Shown piece by piece: positions 40,079 through 54,856 of a stretch of DNA of 64,000 bases (position 1 is the first letter of the stretch; each line of letters starts with the position of its first letter). The translations under genes were made by a program, and so were the position numbers. The notes below the pieces were generated by a model. The model was not told where the DNA came from and searched no databases. It saw only the letters and a list, made by a program, of their open reading frames with translations. Source of the stretch: Octopus sinensis (Eukaryota); contig NC_042999.1 of NCBI RefSeq assembly GCF_006345805.1, forward strand, positions 161,324,001 through 161,388,000, written 5' to 3'.

Positions 40079-41312
40079 TCTTTTATTCTTTTGCATGTTT
40101 CAGCCCAAAGGCTGCGGCTATGCTGGAGCACCGACAGTGTAATCACCTTTTCAATGGCCAATTTTATGCGATTGGCTTCTGGTGAAGAAGGGAGTTTGAC
40201 ACTGCCGCCCTCTTTTGAGTTTCATGCCATGATGTAGGTTCATTTGGGACCTTCAAATAAGATCATTCATATGTTTTAGCAAGGTATTAAATAGCTGTGG
40301 GCTCTTGAATCCCAAGCTATTGCAGTACATGGTCCTCAGTCTTGACGGGGTGGCTAGAACTTTTGGAACAGTACAATGACGTCCATTTCAGGGACTGGTA
40401 CAGCTCTCGACACAAAAGTTTGGTGCCAGCCCCTCCAGGATTTTCCATAGGTGCAGGAGTGGCTGTGTGGTAAGTAGCTTGCTAACCAACCACATGGTTC
40501 CGGGTTCAGTCCCACTGCGTGGCATCTTGGGCAAGTGTCTTATGCTATAGCCCCGGGCCGACCAATGCCTTGTGAGTGGATTTGGTAGACGGAAACTGAA
40601 AGAAGCCTGTCGTATATATGTATATATATATAAGTGTGTGTGTATATGTTTGTGTGTCTGTGTTTGTCCCCCCAGCATTGCTTGACAACCGATGCCGGTG
40701 TGTTTACGTCCCCGTCACTTAGCGGTTCGGCAACATAGACCGATAGAATAAGTACTGGGCTTACAAAGAATAAATCCCGGGGTCGATTTGCTCGACTAAA
40801 GGCAGTGCTCCAGCATGGCCGCAGTCAAATGACTGAAACAAGTAAAAGAGTAAAAGAGTATACGTATATCACTGCATACTTCTCCCGTCTTCGCTCCAGG
40901 CTGTAGAGTCGCAGCTCTTTCAGTCTCTCTCAGTAGCTCAGCTGTTCCATTGGTGTAATCTTCATGATGTAGCACCACTGAATTGTCTCTAGTTCCACCA
41001 TTAATTTGACACTGCAGGGTGACCACTGTTGAGAACAGTAGTCCAGACGGCTGAGTACAAATGTCTACCATAGAACCAGCATAGTTCAGAAGGTTCTCAG
41101 AATCCATGCTTTCATTCGCCTGCACATTACCACCGTCTTGGTGAAATGTACGTGAAACAAGGTATCGTTGTTCATATCAATCCCCGGATTACCCTCTGTA
41201 CTTGATTCTCGGATTGCCGCTCCTTTTGGTCCAAAGTATCGTGGTTGCAGTCTGTGAGCTGATAGCGGAGTGAGCGATGGAAGAAGTGAAATTGTCTTTA
41301 AAAGTTCAATCA
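40079..41312 (-). mobile_element. CR1-group LINE 3' fragment, interrupted by a SINE
   Basis: KAWILRTF, VLSRLDYCSQQWSP, ERLKELRLYSLERRREKYAVIYV | WKILEGLAPN, SLGFKSPQLFN. Confidence 0.88.
40449..40860 (+). mobile_element. SINE family A inserted antisense into the CR1-group LINE
   Basis: Full-length copy; the LINE frame resumes across it. Confidence 0.92.
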
Positions 41313-41501
41313 TATTTCAACTAATAAGTGTGTGTGTGTGTGTGTCCGTTTATGTGTTTTCAAGTTGTTTAAAAAAACATTAGAGACAGGTTAGGGAATA
41401 ACAAAGTGTGTTAGTTTGACGCTCAAGGTAAGATGGAAGACTCGTCGATGTTTCGAAGTTACGCTCTTCTACCATCTCTCTCTCTCTATATATATATATA
41501 C

Positions 41502-41533
<32 letters not shown>

Positions 41534-41797
41534 CTGTGTGTGTGTGCATGTGTGTGTGTCTGTGTCTGTGTGTGTCTCTGTGTGTGTATGCATGTATATA
41601 TGTATGCGTGTATATACATATATATATGTATATATGTAAATATGCGTATATATATATATATATGCACAAAAATATATATTATATGCATCTATATATACTT
41701 ACATATGTATATATACCACATACACACACACATATATATATATATATATACATATATGTATGCTTGCATGTTTGCATAAATATATATATATATGTGT

Positions 41798-41850
<53 letters not shown>

Positions 41851-42826
41851 CTATTTTTTTAATCATTATAAATCTTCCACAGAGGAGAGAGCCGCTTTCC
41901 AACAATGATACAAGGGTCCATCTTTGTAATGTAGTTAACGCAGACAAATTCACATTTGGAACTTGAGAAAAGTCTTGCATATTTTTACTGTCCCACTCAC
42001 AGATTGCACTTGTAAAAATCAACCGGTCAATTTCTCTTTGTGAAAATCCCAGTTTATCCAGATTCTCTTTTAAGCATTTTCTAACAAAACCTAGTGCTCC
42101 AATTATTATTGGTATGAATATGAATTCATAGTTTGGACATAGAAGCTGGAGGTTTCGAAAACGTTGTCCATAGATATACTCTTTTCCTTTGATTTTCAAA
42201 GAGTTATTTATATCTGCAGGGCAGCCAACCTCTATGGTGGTACATACCTTTGCCTCTCTATCCCAAACAACCATATCCGGCTTGTTATGCTTACATTTGA
42301 CAGAAGTTTTGATGGGAATATTCCACCAGTATTCCTTGAGTTGGTGTATATGAATGTATTCCATAACAGAGGGATTTTCTAAGTTTATTTCAGGACAGTC
42401 TTTTCTGCGGATGGCATTGTAAATTGTTTTAGCAACGACATCGTGTCGCATAGGGAGGTAGTGACGACATATTAGGACAGCTGCTAATCACATGCGTAAT
42501 GTCTTCCGATGAAACATGACATAACGTACACATGCGGTTGCACCTTGGGATTACAAGAGCATCACTGTCTCTCTTGTTCACCAGGTACTTTGCGACAATA
42601 TCCTGTTCGTAGATTGAAAACACACAGCCTCCAAAGTGTGACGTAATGTAATGGTCTTGTGTCCAAGAAGGGCTGCGTTTCGTGTCAATTCTACTGTCTT
42701 CTTCAAGCTTCCGAGTAACACAACCATGCTTGGTCTTTCTTTTTGTATGTTGAGTGCTATCCATCCAGGTCTTCTCTGAGGTAAGAGAGCCCAGCTATTT
42801 TGGGACTGTAAAGATTATCAGGAAGA
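41851..42826 (-). mobile_element. RLE LINE family II (copy D, diverged)
   Basis: ITSHFGGCVFSIYEQDI..CTLCHVSSEDITHVISSC, RHDVVA, YWWNIPIK, NKPDMVVWD..IEVGCP, FIPIIIGALG. Confidence 0.9.
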
Positions 42827-42868
42827 TGTATGTATGTATGTGTGTGTATGTATGTATGCGTGAATACG

Positions 42869-42907
<39 letters not shown>

Positions 42908-43315
42908 CATTTTGTTCTCTGGCATCCTTATCCATCCCCTATTATTACCTTTTATCTTACATGCACTCACTATTTCAGTCAACCTGTATCTTGCTGCTAC
43001 TTTGACCACCTTCAAATGCGCACTCAGATTTTATTTCATCCTCGCCTTCAACTCTCACATTACTCTCTCTCTCTCTCTCTCTCTCTCTCTACCTCCTATA
43101 TTAATTACATCATGCCACACCGACAGTTTCTTCCCTTTCCTTCCACTTCTACTCCTGGACGTCACTTTTCCACTTTTTTTCTATCCTGATGCACATTTTT
43201 ACACTTCTGCGAGAATATTTGTCCTCCTTTGAATAATGATAAGCAACCGAAACACTTGGACATCGTTTCTTCTAAACAGCATAAAAACATAATCCATTGT
43301 TTGAACCTGGATATG

Positions 43316-43362
<47 letters not shown>

Positions 43363-43365
43363 TAT

Positions 43366-43768
43366 CTTTTACTATTTTACTCTTTTAATTGTTTCAGTCA
43401 TTTGACTGTGGCCATGATGAAGCACCGCCTTTAGTTGAGCAAATCAACCCCAGGACTTACTATTTGTAAGCCTAGTACTTATTCTATCGGTCTCATTTGC
43501 CGAACCGCTATGTTACAGGGACGTAAACACATCAGCATCGGTTGTCAAGCGATGTTGGGGGGGGGGTCAAACAGAGACATTCAAACACACACATACACAC
43601 ACACACACACACGCACATATATATATATACACACACACATATATATATATATATATCTTTTACTCTTTTACTCTTTTACTAGTTTCAGTCATTTGACTGT
43701 GGCCATGATGGAGCACCGCCTTTAGTCGAGCAAATCAACCCCAGGACTTACTATTTGTAAGCCTAGTA

Positions 43769-43806
<38 letters not shown>

Positions 43807-44610
43807 CATACATATATGCGACGGGCTTCTTTCAGTTTCCGTCTATCAAATCCACTCAGAAGGCTTTGGTCTGCCCGAGGCTATAGTAGAAGACACTTGC
43901 TTAAGGTGCCACGCAGTGGGACTGAACCAGGAACCATGTGGTGTGTAAGCAAGCTACTTACCACACAGCCACTCCTATATATAATATATATATATATCTT
44001 TTACTATTTTACTCTTTTAATTGTTTCAGTCATTTGACTGTGGCCATGATGAAGCACACCGCCTTTAGTTGAGCAAATCAACCCCAGGACTTACTATTTG
44101 TAAGCCTAGTACTTATTCTATCGGTCTCATTTGCCGAACCGCTATGTTACGGGGACGTAAACACATCAGCATCGGTTGTCAAGCGATGTTGGGGGGGGGT
44201 CAAACAGAGACATTCAAACACACACATACACACACACACACACACGCACATATATATATACACACACACATATATATATAATATATATATCTTTTACTCT
44301 TTTACTCTTTTAATAGTTTCAGTCATTTGACTGTGGCCATGATGGAGCACCGCCTTTAGTCGAGCAAATCAACCCCAGGACTTACTATTTGTAAGCCTAG
44401 TACTTATATATATATATATATTATATATATATATATACATACATACATATATGCGACGGGCTTCTTTCAGTTTCCGTCTATCAAATCCACTCAGAAGGCT
44501 TTGGTCTGCCCGAGGCTATAGTAGAAGACACTTGCTTAAGGTGCCACGCAGTGGGACTGAACCAGGAACCATGTGGTGTGTAAGCAAGCTACTTACCACA
44601 CAGCCACTCC

Positions 44611-44611
<1 letters not shown>
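43366..44611 (-). repeat. Two near-identical tandem ~632-635-bp units, each a family-A SINE containing a nested 3' fragment of family A
   Basis: Units 43366-43976 and 43998-44611 share diagnostic substitutions. Confidence 0.92.
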
Positions 44612-44646
<35 letters not shown>

Positions 44647-45007
44647 ATATTATATATTATATATATATATATATTTACATACATATACTATACAAATATA
44701 TATATATATGTATGTATATGTATGTGTGTGTATGTGTGTCGATGCGTGTGTTGTATATGTAAGCGATTCGTACAGTATTTAAATATGTGGTAGTGTTTTT
44801 ATATGTCTACAAATATATTATGTACACACTTACATAGAAACTCACATAAATATTTAATTGTTTGGATGAATGATAAGTTAGTTGATAAATACAATGTATA
44901 CACAACGAACATACACACACACACACACACACCACACACACACACACTCACATACACTCACATATATACACATACATATACAAATGTGTATGGAGATGTG
45001 TGTTTAC

Positions 45008-45040
<33 letters not shown>

Positions 45041-45634
45041 ATATTCATACTGCATGATCAAAGAGTGAGACATAAAGCCAAAGAGAAATCAGGGGAGACT
45101 AAGTCATATCGTTTGTTGCTCACTCGATTCTCTAACGAAACGCGAACAACATAGACCAGTGATATAGAAAGGAGGGGAGAGACAAGGAGGTGGAGGAAAC
45201 AGAACTGTGGGATGGATCGTGAGTATGTGTGCGAAACATGAGTACATACAAAAAAGTGTAGGGATAGAGAAAGATTCAACAGGGTAGGATGGGTGATGAA
45301 GTAGAAAAATGATTGAGGAAGCAGTCGAAAAATCGAGCAGTTGAGAAGAGCTGAGAGTATCTGATAGTCGTGATGGTGTTTGGCAATGTTGGTGGTGATG
45401 ATGATTAAAGTACTCTCGTGGTGATGACGGTTGTGGTGGGAGAGATAGTGGCGGTTTTAGTGGAGAGGAGGAGGAGAAAGAGTACGACGAAAAAAGTAAA
45501 AGAAGGGACAAGGAGGAGGTAGTGCAGGATGTAAACGAGGGTGAGTGGATGAGAAGAGACGAGCATCATCGAAAACAACAATATGAGAAAAAAGATGAAA
45601 GGACAAGAATGAACAGTGTAAGGATAGGCACACA

Positions 45635-45652
45635 GACAGACAGACAGACAGG

Positions 45653-45699
<47 letters not shown>

Positions 45700-45768
45700 T
45701 AGATAGATTGATAGATAGATAGATGGATAGAGAGATAGAGATAGATAGATAGATAGATAGAGAGATAG

Positions 45769-45847
<79 letters not shown>

Positions 45848-45860
45848 CAGATGATTAGAT

Positions 45861-45911
<51 letters not shown>

Positions 45912-45912
45912 C

Positions 45913-45975
<63 letters not shown>

Positions 45976-45994
45976 AGAATGAAAGAAAGAAATG

Positions 45995-46030
<36 letters not shown>
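45635..46030. repeat. (GATA)/(GACA)n array
   Basis: Direct reading. Confidence 0.95.
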
Positions 46031-46442
46031 CAAGGCAGTCATGCAGGCAGACAGAAACACAGACAGACAAACAGATAGAGAGATCGATTGAGAGATAGAT
46101 ATATAATGAGAGAAAAAGAAAGGAGAGAAATAGAAGACGTCAAAATACAATAAGAGTAAGGTGGGAAATCGGGCGGTGGGGACAGAGAGAGAGAGAGAGA
46201 GAGAGAGCAAGTTGAGATTGAAGGAACATACGAGAAGGAAAATAAAAAAAAAGAGATAATGCAGAAATGGAGAGTAATGAAGAAAAACAAAATGGAGGCG
46301 AGTGTCGAGGTGGGAAGGGGAGAAAGGAGAGTAAATAGAGGAAAGCGAGCAAAGAGAACAGACCGAAAACTGTATTTTAAGTATTTGTTTATTAGGCAAA
46401 CATATAAAATACACTATGTTGAGCACATAAAAATATACACAT

Positions 46443-46478
<36 letters not shown>

Positions 46479-46792
46479 ATATATACTCTAATCATAAATA
46501 CACACATGCTCATACGTATGAACAGACGCTGACGCTGGCCCACAGATAATGGCGTAGAGCAGGCAGTTATGTGTCCAATCTGATGGATATGATAAACAGC
46601 GCCATAATGACATCAATTAAACTATAAATATGTTTCTCCGTAACGTCACCGAGAGAGAGAGGAGTGAGAGAAAGAGAGACAGAGGGGGGAGAGAAAGAGA
46701 GAGAGAGAGAGGTACATATACATGAAATATACAAAATGTATATATATGTGTATATGCATGCATAAATATACGTGTATGTATGCATGTATGTT

Positions 46793-46829
<37 letters not shown>

Positions 46830-47039
46830 ATATATACACATATGTATCACATTTACATATTTGTTCATAAATGTACTTGCATGTATTTTCGCATATGCTT
46901 ACGTGTATATACACATTGACATGCACATGCACATTGTCAATCATGCGTATATAAAAATATATACACAATCACACACACACACGCCAATTGCAAACACTAC
47001 ATTTCTTCATATTAGGAATATATGCACTGTGTGTATGCA

Positions 47040-47365
47040 TGTGTGTATACATACATACATACATACATGCATGCATGCATGCATACATACATACATACAT
47101 ACATACATACATACATACATACATACATACATACATACATACATACATACAATACATGCATACATTAATATACATACATACATACACACCATACATACAT
47201 ACATACATAATACATTACATACATTACATACATACATACATACATACATGCATACACACATACAATACATACATACATACATACATAATACATACATACA
47301 TACAAACTACATTACATACATACAACATACATACATACATTACATACACATACATACATACATTC
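47040..47365. repeat. Degenerate (CATA)n array
   Basis: Direct reading. Confidence 0.9.
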
Positions 47366-47477
47366 GTAATATACATTTCTTTTCGTCAAGCTTACTCTTC
47401 TCTACAAACATCCATACACATATATTACACACATAAACGCACATAAACTACACGCATATAGCTTCATACACGCTCCG

Positions 47478-47509
<32 letters not shown>

Positions 47510-49071
47510 ACACACACGCGCGCAAATACGCAAAATATGAACACATATACACAAACTAATCAAACAAGTCCACTACCAACCGGCCAACGAGTCAACCATC
47601 TCACTAAGTAATCCAAAAAAAAAAAAAAAAAAAATTATAAAATGAAATAAAATAGCATTCGTAAAGGGTCAAAATAGCAAGTAAAAAAATACAAATGAAA
47701 AAGGGTGGTGGGGAGAAAAGTAAAATAAAAAAAAAAGCTGCCATTATTACAAGGTTTAAAGCTTAATATATGTTCAAGTCCCTTGGGACGTGACTCTTGA
47801 TCTAGCTTGACAAAGAACAGCCAGTGATTCAATTATACAATATAATGTTAATACACTATCTCAATAATCCCCAATTGGCCAGCATATGATGTTTTGTTGT
47901 TGTTCCCGTAATTGTTGTTGCCTTTATTTGTTCTTCTAGTTGTCTTTTATTTTTGTTTTTGTTGTTGTTTTTAGGCTCTGGTCCTTGTGGCACCACACCC
48001 TCATAGAACACTCCCCGCCCGGCTCTACGTAGTTTCCTGTCTCGTCGCGTATTGCTTCCTAATGTATTTTATTATATTTCATTGTACTCACCGTGGTTGG
48101 TTTTTACTGTTAAACATCCTTGCTCTTTTTTTCTCCCCGATTACGGCCCGATTGGATGGAAACAAGCGGGGCGCGAACCTAAATGAAATTCCAAGGGATT
48201 ATCAATCCTATATTCTTGATGCATGGATGTGTGTCTGTATGTGCGCCTATGTGTACGGTTTGCCTCCTTTTTTAAAAATTTTTTTCATTTTTTGGTTTTT
48301 ACGAAAGAATGAACAACGCAAATAGAAAGAGAAGAAAAAACAATCACTTGTAAATGACCCATAACTTATCCAACGTCTATTATTGCAGCCGCAAACTTCC
48401 CCCACCGGCATCACACCCAGGATTACTACCACCACCACCACCACCACCACCACCACCACCACCACCACCACCACCAACCACCACCACCACCACCACCACC
48501 ACACCACCACCACCACCAACCACCACCACCACCACCACCACCACCACTACTATTATCACAACTACGACCACCACAATCAGCATCATTATCACAAGCAATC
48601 ATCCTCCCCACGGCACCGCCATTATCATTACTCAACCATTCCAATCGTCATCACAATCACAACCACAATCATTACTAACGCGCGAAAGATTTGCTAGAAA
48701 TAGCAACGAAGTCTCTATCAAATCACATCCTATCATAATAAAAAGAGAAGGGCTCATTGATTAAACTCGTCCAATAATCTAATATTGGCCAACTTATAAG
48801 TCTAAACGGACATTCTAGCCATAACAGGAGGTCATAAGTTTGCTCAACCAAGGCCGTCTTGGGGGTTGAAGAACAACAACAACCACAACAACAACAACAA
48901 AATATCACTTACTGCTGCTACTACTACAGCAACAACAACACTATCACCACCACTACCACCACAAGAGAGAGCATTAAAACGAATACCATCATCACCACCA
49001 ACAGCAGCAGCGACAACAATAGCTTGATGCTGCATTACTGTAATCTTTCTCTGTTTCTCCTTGCACCTTTT

Positions 49072-49258
49072 CTTGTTTCAATCATTACACTGCGGCCATG
49101 CTGGGGCAGTGCCTTAAAAGAATTTTAATCGAATAAATCGATCCCAGTATTTTATTTTTTTTTAAATCCGGTACTTATTCTAACGATCTGTTTTGCTAAA
49201 CCGCTAAGTTACGGAGACGTAAACACCAAACTAACACCAGCTGTCAAGCGTCGGTGGA
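49072..49258 (-). mobile_element. Diverged family-A-like SINE 3' half
   Basis: ctgcggccatgctgggg..gtacttattct..ccgctaagttacggagacgtaaacacc. Confidence 0.7.
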
Positions 49259-49289
49259 GGAGGGCATTTCTTTGAAATATTCCTGTTAA

Positions 49290-49508
49290 AATATTGGTCT
49301 TAAATTTTGGCACAAGGCCAGCAATTTCGGGTTGGAGTAAATAGATTACATTGACCCCAGTGCTCAACTGGTACTTATTTTACCAACTCCGAAAAGATGA
49401 ACGATAAAGTCGACCTCGGCGGAATTTGAACTCAAGAATGTACAGACAGACGAAATGCCACTCAGGACTTTTTCCGGCGTGCCAACGATTCTGCGAGCTC
49501 ACCTCCTT
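49290..49508 (-). mobile_element. Family-B-related SINE with a different 3' tail
   Basis: Family-B head and core, tail ggccttgtgccaaaattt; similar to 62975-63188. Confidence 0.75.
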
Positions 49509-50415
49509 GTAGAATGTAGAAATATTGAAAACAGCAATGACAACCGTTCCACTTTCAGTTGCAAAAGTAAGAATTGTTTACCAAGTCTTCCTTAGCTTTT
49601 CGATGGCAGCAACCAATTTCGCATGTACGTTTGCCAACTGTAGTGACTTGAGTGACTGAAGTCAAATGCCTTTCTGTAATCAGGACTAAATCGCCACAAG
49701 ACTTCTACAGTGTTTTCTAATTTCAAACAGTACAGTTTGATTTAACAAAAATGGTTCGATGCATCCCCACATCCTCCCCTGTTCGTCAATCGTCAGAGAA
49801 ATTATTTCAGGCAGCTTACGTATAGTTTGTATATGATATGAACACAAGGGCACAAGGGTAGAAGGTTTGATCGTGTAATAACAAGCCAGTTCAGTTTGTC
49901 ATTCTGGCCTTCCATAGATTTTTGAAATATTTGTATAAGATGCATTCTATAATACATGTGTATAACACATTCATTAACAATGTAAGTTTGACCAGTATTC
50001 AAATGAGGAGGGACAGCCTTAAATTTCTATTGGATATTTTTAAGTTGGTCAAGTAAGGAATCAACATATAGGTTAAACAGAAAGCGTCCTCATTCCTTAG
50101 AGTCATTCTTTTATTCTTTCCTTTTTCTAGGATCGAATTGCGATAAATGACCAGAGACTTCGTGATTGCGTGATTTCACCAGTGGGTTCGTTAACGGCTC
50201 GTTAAAATAAATTGACGAGTAATCGCAGCTCTAGGGGGTCCTTGTTGACTATTTCTAGTCATTCGGGGCTTACGTTCTGTCCAGGAATGACCGGTGGTCA
50301 TTTACATGTGTGAAAAGGTCGAATCCTAATCCCAAATAATTAAATGCATAACTATATATACGTACAAACACAACAAACACACACACGCACGCATATATAT
50401 AATATATATATATAT

Positions 50416-50448
<33 letters not shown>

Positions 50449-51035
50449 ATATATATATAATATAGATATATATATATATGATTACGCATGCGTAAACATA
50501 TCACTCATAATATATCTGAAAAAAAGCGGAAAGAAAGATAGAAAGGACCATCGTAAGATAAACGGCGAGGTATAAAGGGAGACGAAAGGGACTAGAAAAG
50601 GGGATGGATGGAGTGAAATATTGTTGTGGATCAAGTATCAACTGAAAACTATTCGATATCTGCTGCATAGTCATTTGACACCCTACTGGGATGCAACTTT
50701 GACCAACACCACCACTACGTACTGCCACCTCTGCTCTCGTTGATCCCTATTCACTAAAGCTGTAAACAGCTGATAATGGTTGTTGTGATGGTGTTGGTGG
50801 TGCAGAGAGGGAAGGCCTGTAGTGAAGAAGGTTGGAGAATGCAGAGAGGGGGAAAAAGAAGGAGAGTGGGAGAGGTAAGAGGAAAAAAGATGAAGAGAGT
50901 TAAACGGTGTATGGTAAAACTAATGTCAACGGGATAAATTTGCTGTTTACATATGTATTTATGTATGTAATAATATAATATATATATATGCTCATATATA
51001 TAGATATATATATATATATATATAATATATATATA

Positions 51036-51210
51036 TATTAGAAGAAATGAGGTACTCAGAAAATCGGATGGTTTATATTTACAGTAATTTATTTGATATA
51101 TTACATTTTTAAATATATATATTCTATCACTTAGATCATTAGCCCTTTCTCCCATTCTAGTGGGGTTTTCAAATCAAACTAAGTTCCTGTGTGAGTAGTT
51201 TTGACCATTT
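51036..51210. mobile_element. Solo diverged arm of the 28.4-kb foldback element
   Basis: ttagaagaaatgaggtactcagaaaatcggatgg..ctttctcccattctagtggggttttcaaat; in (TA)n context. Confidence 0.8.
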
Positions 51211-51339
51211 TATAGAGTTTTCATATATATATATATATATATGTGTGTGTCTATCTCCTTACCTTCTTGGAGATTTTCGATAAAATTATTTTAATGTGTC
51301 CATCTGTTTTAATTTAATTAAATTCTATGTCTTTATGCA

Positions 51340-51532
51340 GCTGAGGATTGCTCTGCATTTAAATTGATGTAATGAATGCATTGTTCAATCAAATGGAGTT
51401 GCTTGAGATGATCGTACTGCATTACCTCTGGATATCCTTCTTGCTTATTTCGATTTTAATCACTTCATTTTGAAATTGTATGGATAATACCGTACAAATT
51501 CTGGTGCCTCAACTTAAATACCATATTCATCT
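51340..51532 (-). mobile_element. Old dispersed repeat; related copy at 53115-53290 (+)
   Basis: Shared attcag(a/t)tgaat..taagttgaggcacc..ggtattatc..aacaatgc..tacatcaattt. Confidence 0.6.
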
Positions 51533-51558
51533 GAATATATTTATATATATATATATAT

Positions 51559-51593
<35 letters not shown>

Positions 51594-51611
51594 GGAGATA
51601 GATAGATAGAT

Positions 51612-51760
<149 letters not shown>

Positions 51761-51885
51761 TTAGATAGATAGATAAAACTTACTTAGAAATGGATGCGTG
51801 CGTTCCGTCATATAATAACAAATTAATAAATAAAACATATGCATTATTTATATTTATATTTATATTTATATAGATATATATATAT

Positions 51886-51929
<44 letters not shown>

Positions 51930-51939
51930 CACGTCTTGA

Positions 51940-52265
51940 AAATTACCAACCGGTTGATTGGCAGGGAGCCGCTCTCCGACATAACCTCTGATATGCTGTA
52001 TACACTTTCTCTATCTTTTCTACAACAATCGTGCTCTCTGCACTACGGAGCAGTTTGATGTAGTGCCACCTCAGTCACTCCAGACTTCCTCAACTCTCTT
52101 CTCACCACCCATATTGTGTCCCCGACTAGGCATTGCACAAGTCCTTCCTCTGTTACCCCACCTCTAGCACATCGGCTTTTAGGAATACCACCTCTTCACA
52201 AGCTTCCTGCAAACGTCAACTTGCAAACTATTCAAGAAGAAAATTAACAACATAATTCTCAACAG
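51940..52265 (+). mobile_element. Highly decayed CR1/Zenon-like LINE 3' remnant
   Basis: Fragmentary translation RLIG..LFYNNRALC..HPYCV..HKSF..FKKKIN; motif resemblance only. Confidence 0.45.
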
Positions 52266-54544
52266 AAACGGATGATCTACGAAGGCCATCAACACAGACC
52301 CTTCATCCAGTCCAGTATAGTAAAAAAAAACAAATCACTAAATGATACAATACCAAATATATATGAAGGTTTATGCAGGAGGATACCACATGTAAATAGA
52401 GCAAATAAATTGCGGTCGCACTCGCGCATACATATATGAACGCACAAACGGAGACTACACTTGCTCATAGTCTAAGAATTTGTGTAGGTGGCACATCCAG
52501 GGCACCTGCCTGTTATCTGTAGTCACAGCATACTTAGTCCATCATGCGGCTCTGCTAGTAGCTGATCGACGGCCCGACTAGTGGAATACGTTCCAGGAAG
52601 CAAAACCAGCAAATGTTTTAATGTAATGATACTATAGTTAGGACAAAGCACGACAGTAATTGATAAGAGAGACAATGTAAACGTTCATAACCTTTGCTCA
52701 AGTTTTCAAGGATAGCTTTCCCTCAGCTCATTTCTAGGTAAGACTGGCCTTCCTGCTCGTTATCTTGTCCTAGATCCAATCCTCGTGGAAGCTGAAATTG
52801 AACCAGAACCCGAACGGTTTAACCGGAGTCAGCTAAGTATTCTACGATAGTGTATCGTGCGTATATGTTTGTATGCGTGCTTATTTCATTGTATGAGCGT
52901 GCTTTTATGCTTGTCCACTCCCCACCGCTTGATAACCGTTGTTGGTTTGTTTACATCTCGCAAAGTAAAGGTTCGAGAAAAGAAACCGATAAAATAAATG
53001 CTAGATGTAAAATGTAAGTACTGATGTGAAGTAAACCCTTCAAGGAAGAGCCGCAGTCCAATAACGAATACAAGCAAACAATGAAAAATATACGTTAATG
53101 TATATAGAATTAATTAAGATTCAGTTGAATTAGGTACTTAAGTTGAGGCACCGAGTCTGTCTGGTATTATCTGCACAGCTCGAAATAAGGTGAATAAAAA
53201 GCAAATAAGTAACAAGGATGCCAAGGATGCATTACGGCCGTTTCAGGCGGCTTCATTTAATCGAACAATGCAAGCGCTACATCAATTTGAAATACATCAC
53301 CTTCTTTGGATGCATAAGGTCATACAGGTTTTCAGGATACAGGATACTCTGTTATAATCTTTAGCAAATATTTCATCAGAACTAGAGAGTAAGTGAATTA
53401 CATGCTAGCTGATTTAATTGTAGCAGAATGAACTTAGGGAGAAAATACCCCAACTATAATTTGGAGTGGCAGAAGAGAATAACAGTGGGGGTCATGAGAT
53501 GGTAGTATAGCTACAATTTTATCACAGTCAAAAGGTATAATGCAGCTAGTATACTACATCCACTAAAAATTAAGACCACTTGGAGCTGACAGTTAAGTTC
53601 TAGCTGATGATGATAAATTAATTACAGACAGATACTCTCCCAAACCCCTAATTTACTATGGCTATAAATTCCATATGACCACATAAAGAAACAAATCTCA
53701 GAAGAAGTCAGTAAGATTGTGGTAAATGCCCAGAATGAGGGTGGGTAGGGGTGACATAAACTATTTTATTATTATCAGTTAAAGGAGCCTAAAATAGAAA
53801 ACAAAGGACATCACAACGAGATAAATGGGCATTGAGGGTAGAGGGGGAAAATATAACCAAAATTTAGCAAAATTTATATATTGTTATATTATATATAAAA
53901 AAATTTTTAAATTAAATTTAGAAACGGATATAAAGATCAAGTAAGATGAGAAGGATATATAAACCAATTTAAGCCCTAAAAAAGTAGAGTACTTTTATAT
54001 GATAGAATCTTCATAATAGTTCGTCCTAGCAAACTTTAAGGTGGTCATGATAAAACCATTCAAACAATGAACCCTAATTGCATTAAGCTTTCATCCGAGA
54101 AAGAGGGACACATTTTCTATTGACTGAAAACCAGGGATTAAAGGCAAGAAAAAAAATTAGATTATTTGTTCAATAACAGATAAACTTATTTAAAAATATA
54201 ATCATATAAAAAAATTCTAACATTGTGAAAAAATTTTAAAGGATGTAAGGATATAAGAAAAATATAAAAATATGACATATATATATATAGATATATAATT
54301 ATAATTAAGGGTTAAATCCATACCGATAAATCTACTAAGTGAAATTGATTAATTTTATTAAATTAATTATATTCCACCCTTTATTGTATATAGATATATA
54401 TATAAGTATGGCATATATATACACAAAAATATCATATATACATATATTATAAATATATAGATATATGCATATATACGTGCATACCTACATATATATGTAT
54501 TTACGTACATACCTACATATATATGTATATATACATGCATATAT

Positions 54545-54720
54545 GAGTACAGGACACCACAAATAAATGTAGAACAAAACGAGAAACGAAAACAAAAAAA
54601 AAACAAAACAAGGAACGGACCTTTTTTTAACAACGAAAAAACAGAGTACAAGACAAACAACACAAGGAACATTCCCCTTCTTCAGCTGCCCCTGTTTCGA
54701 CTCATTGCGTGTTTCGAAGG
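54545..54720 (-). mobile_element. Short dispersed element related to 20375-20530
   Basis: Same layout as the 20.4-kb copy. Confidence 0.5.
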
Positions 54721-54742
54721 TATATATATATATATATATATA

Positions 54743-54801
<59 letters not shown>

Positions 54802-54811
54802 ATGTATGTAG

Positions 54812-54856
<45 letters not shown>

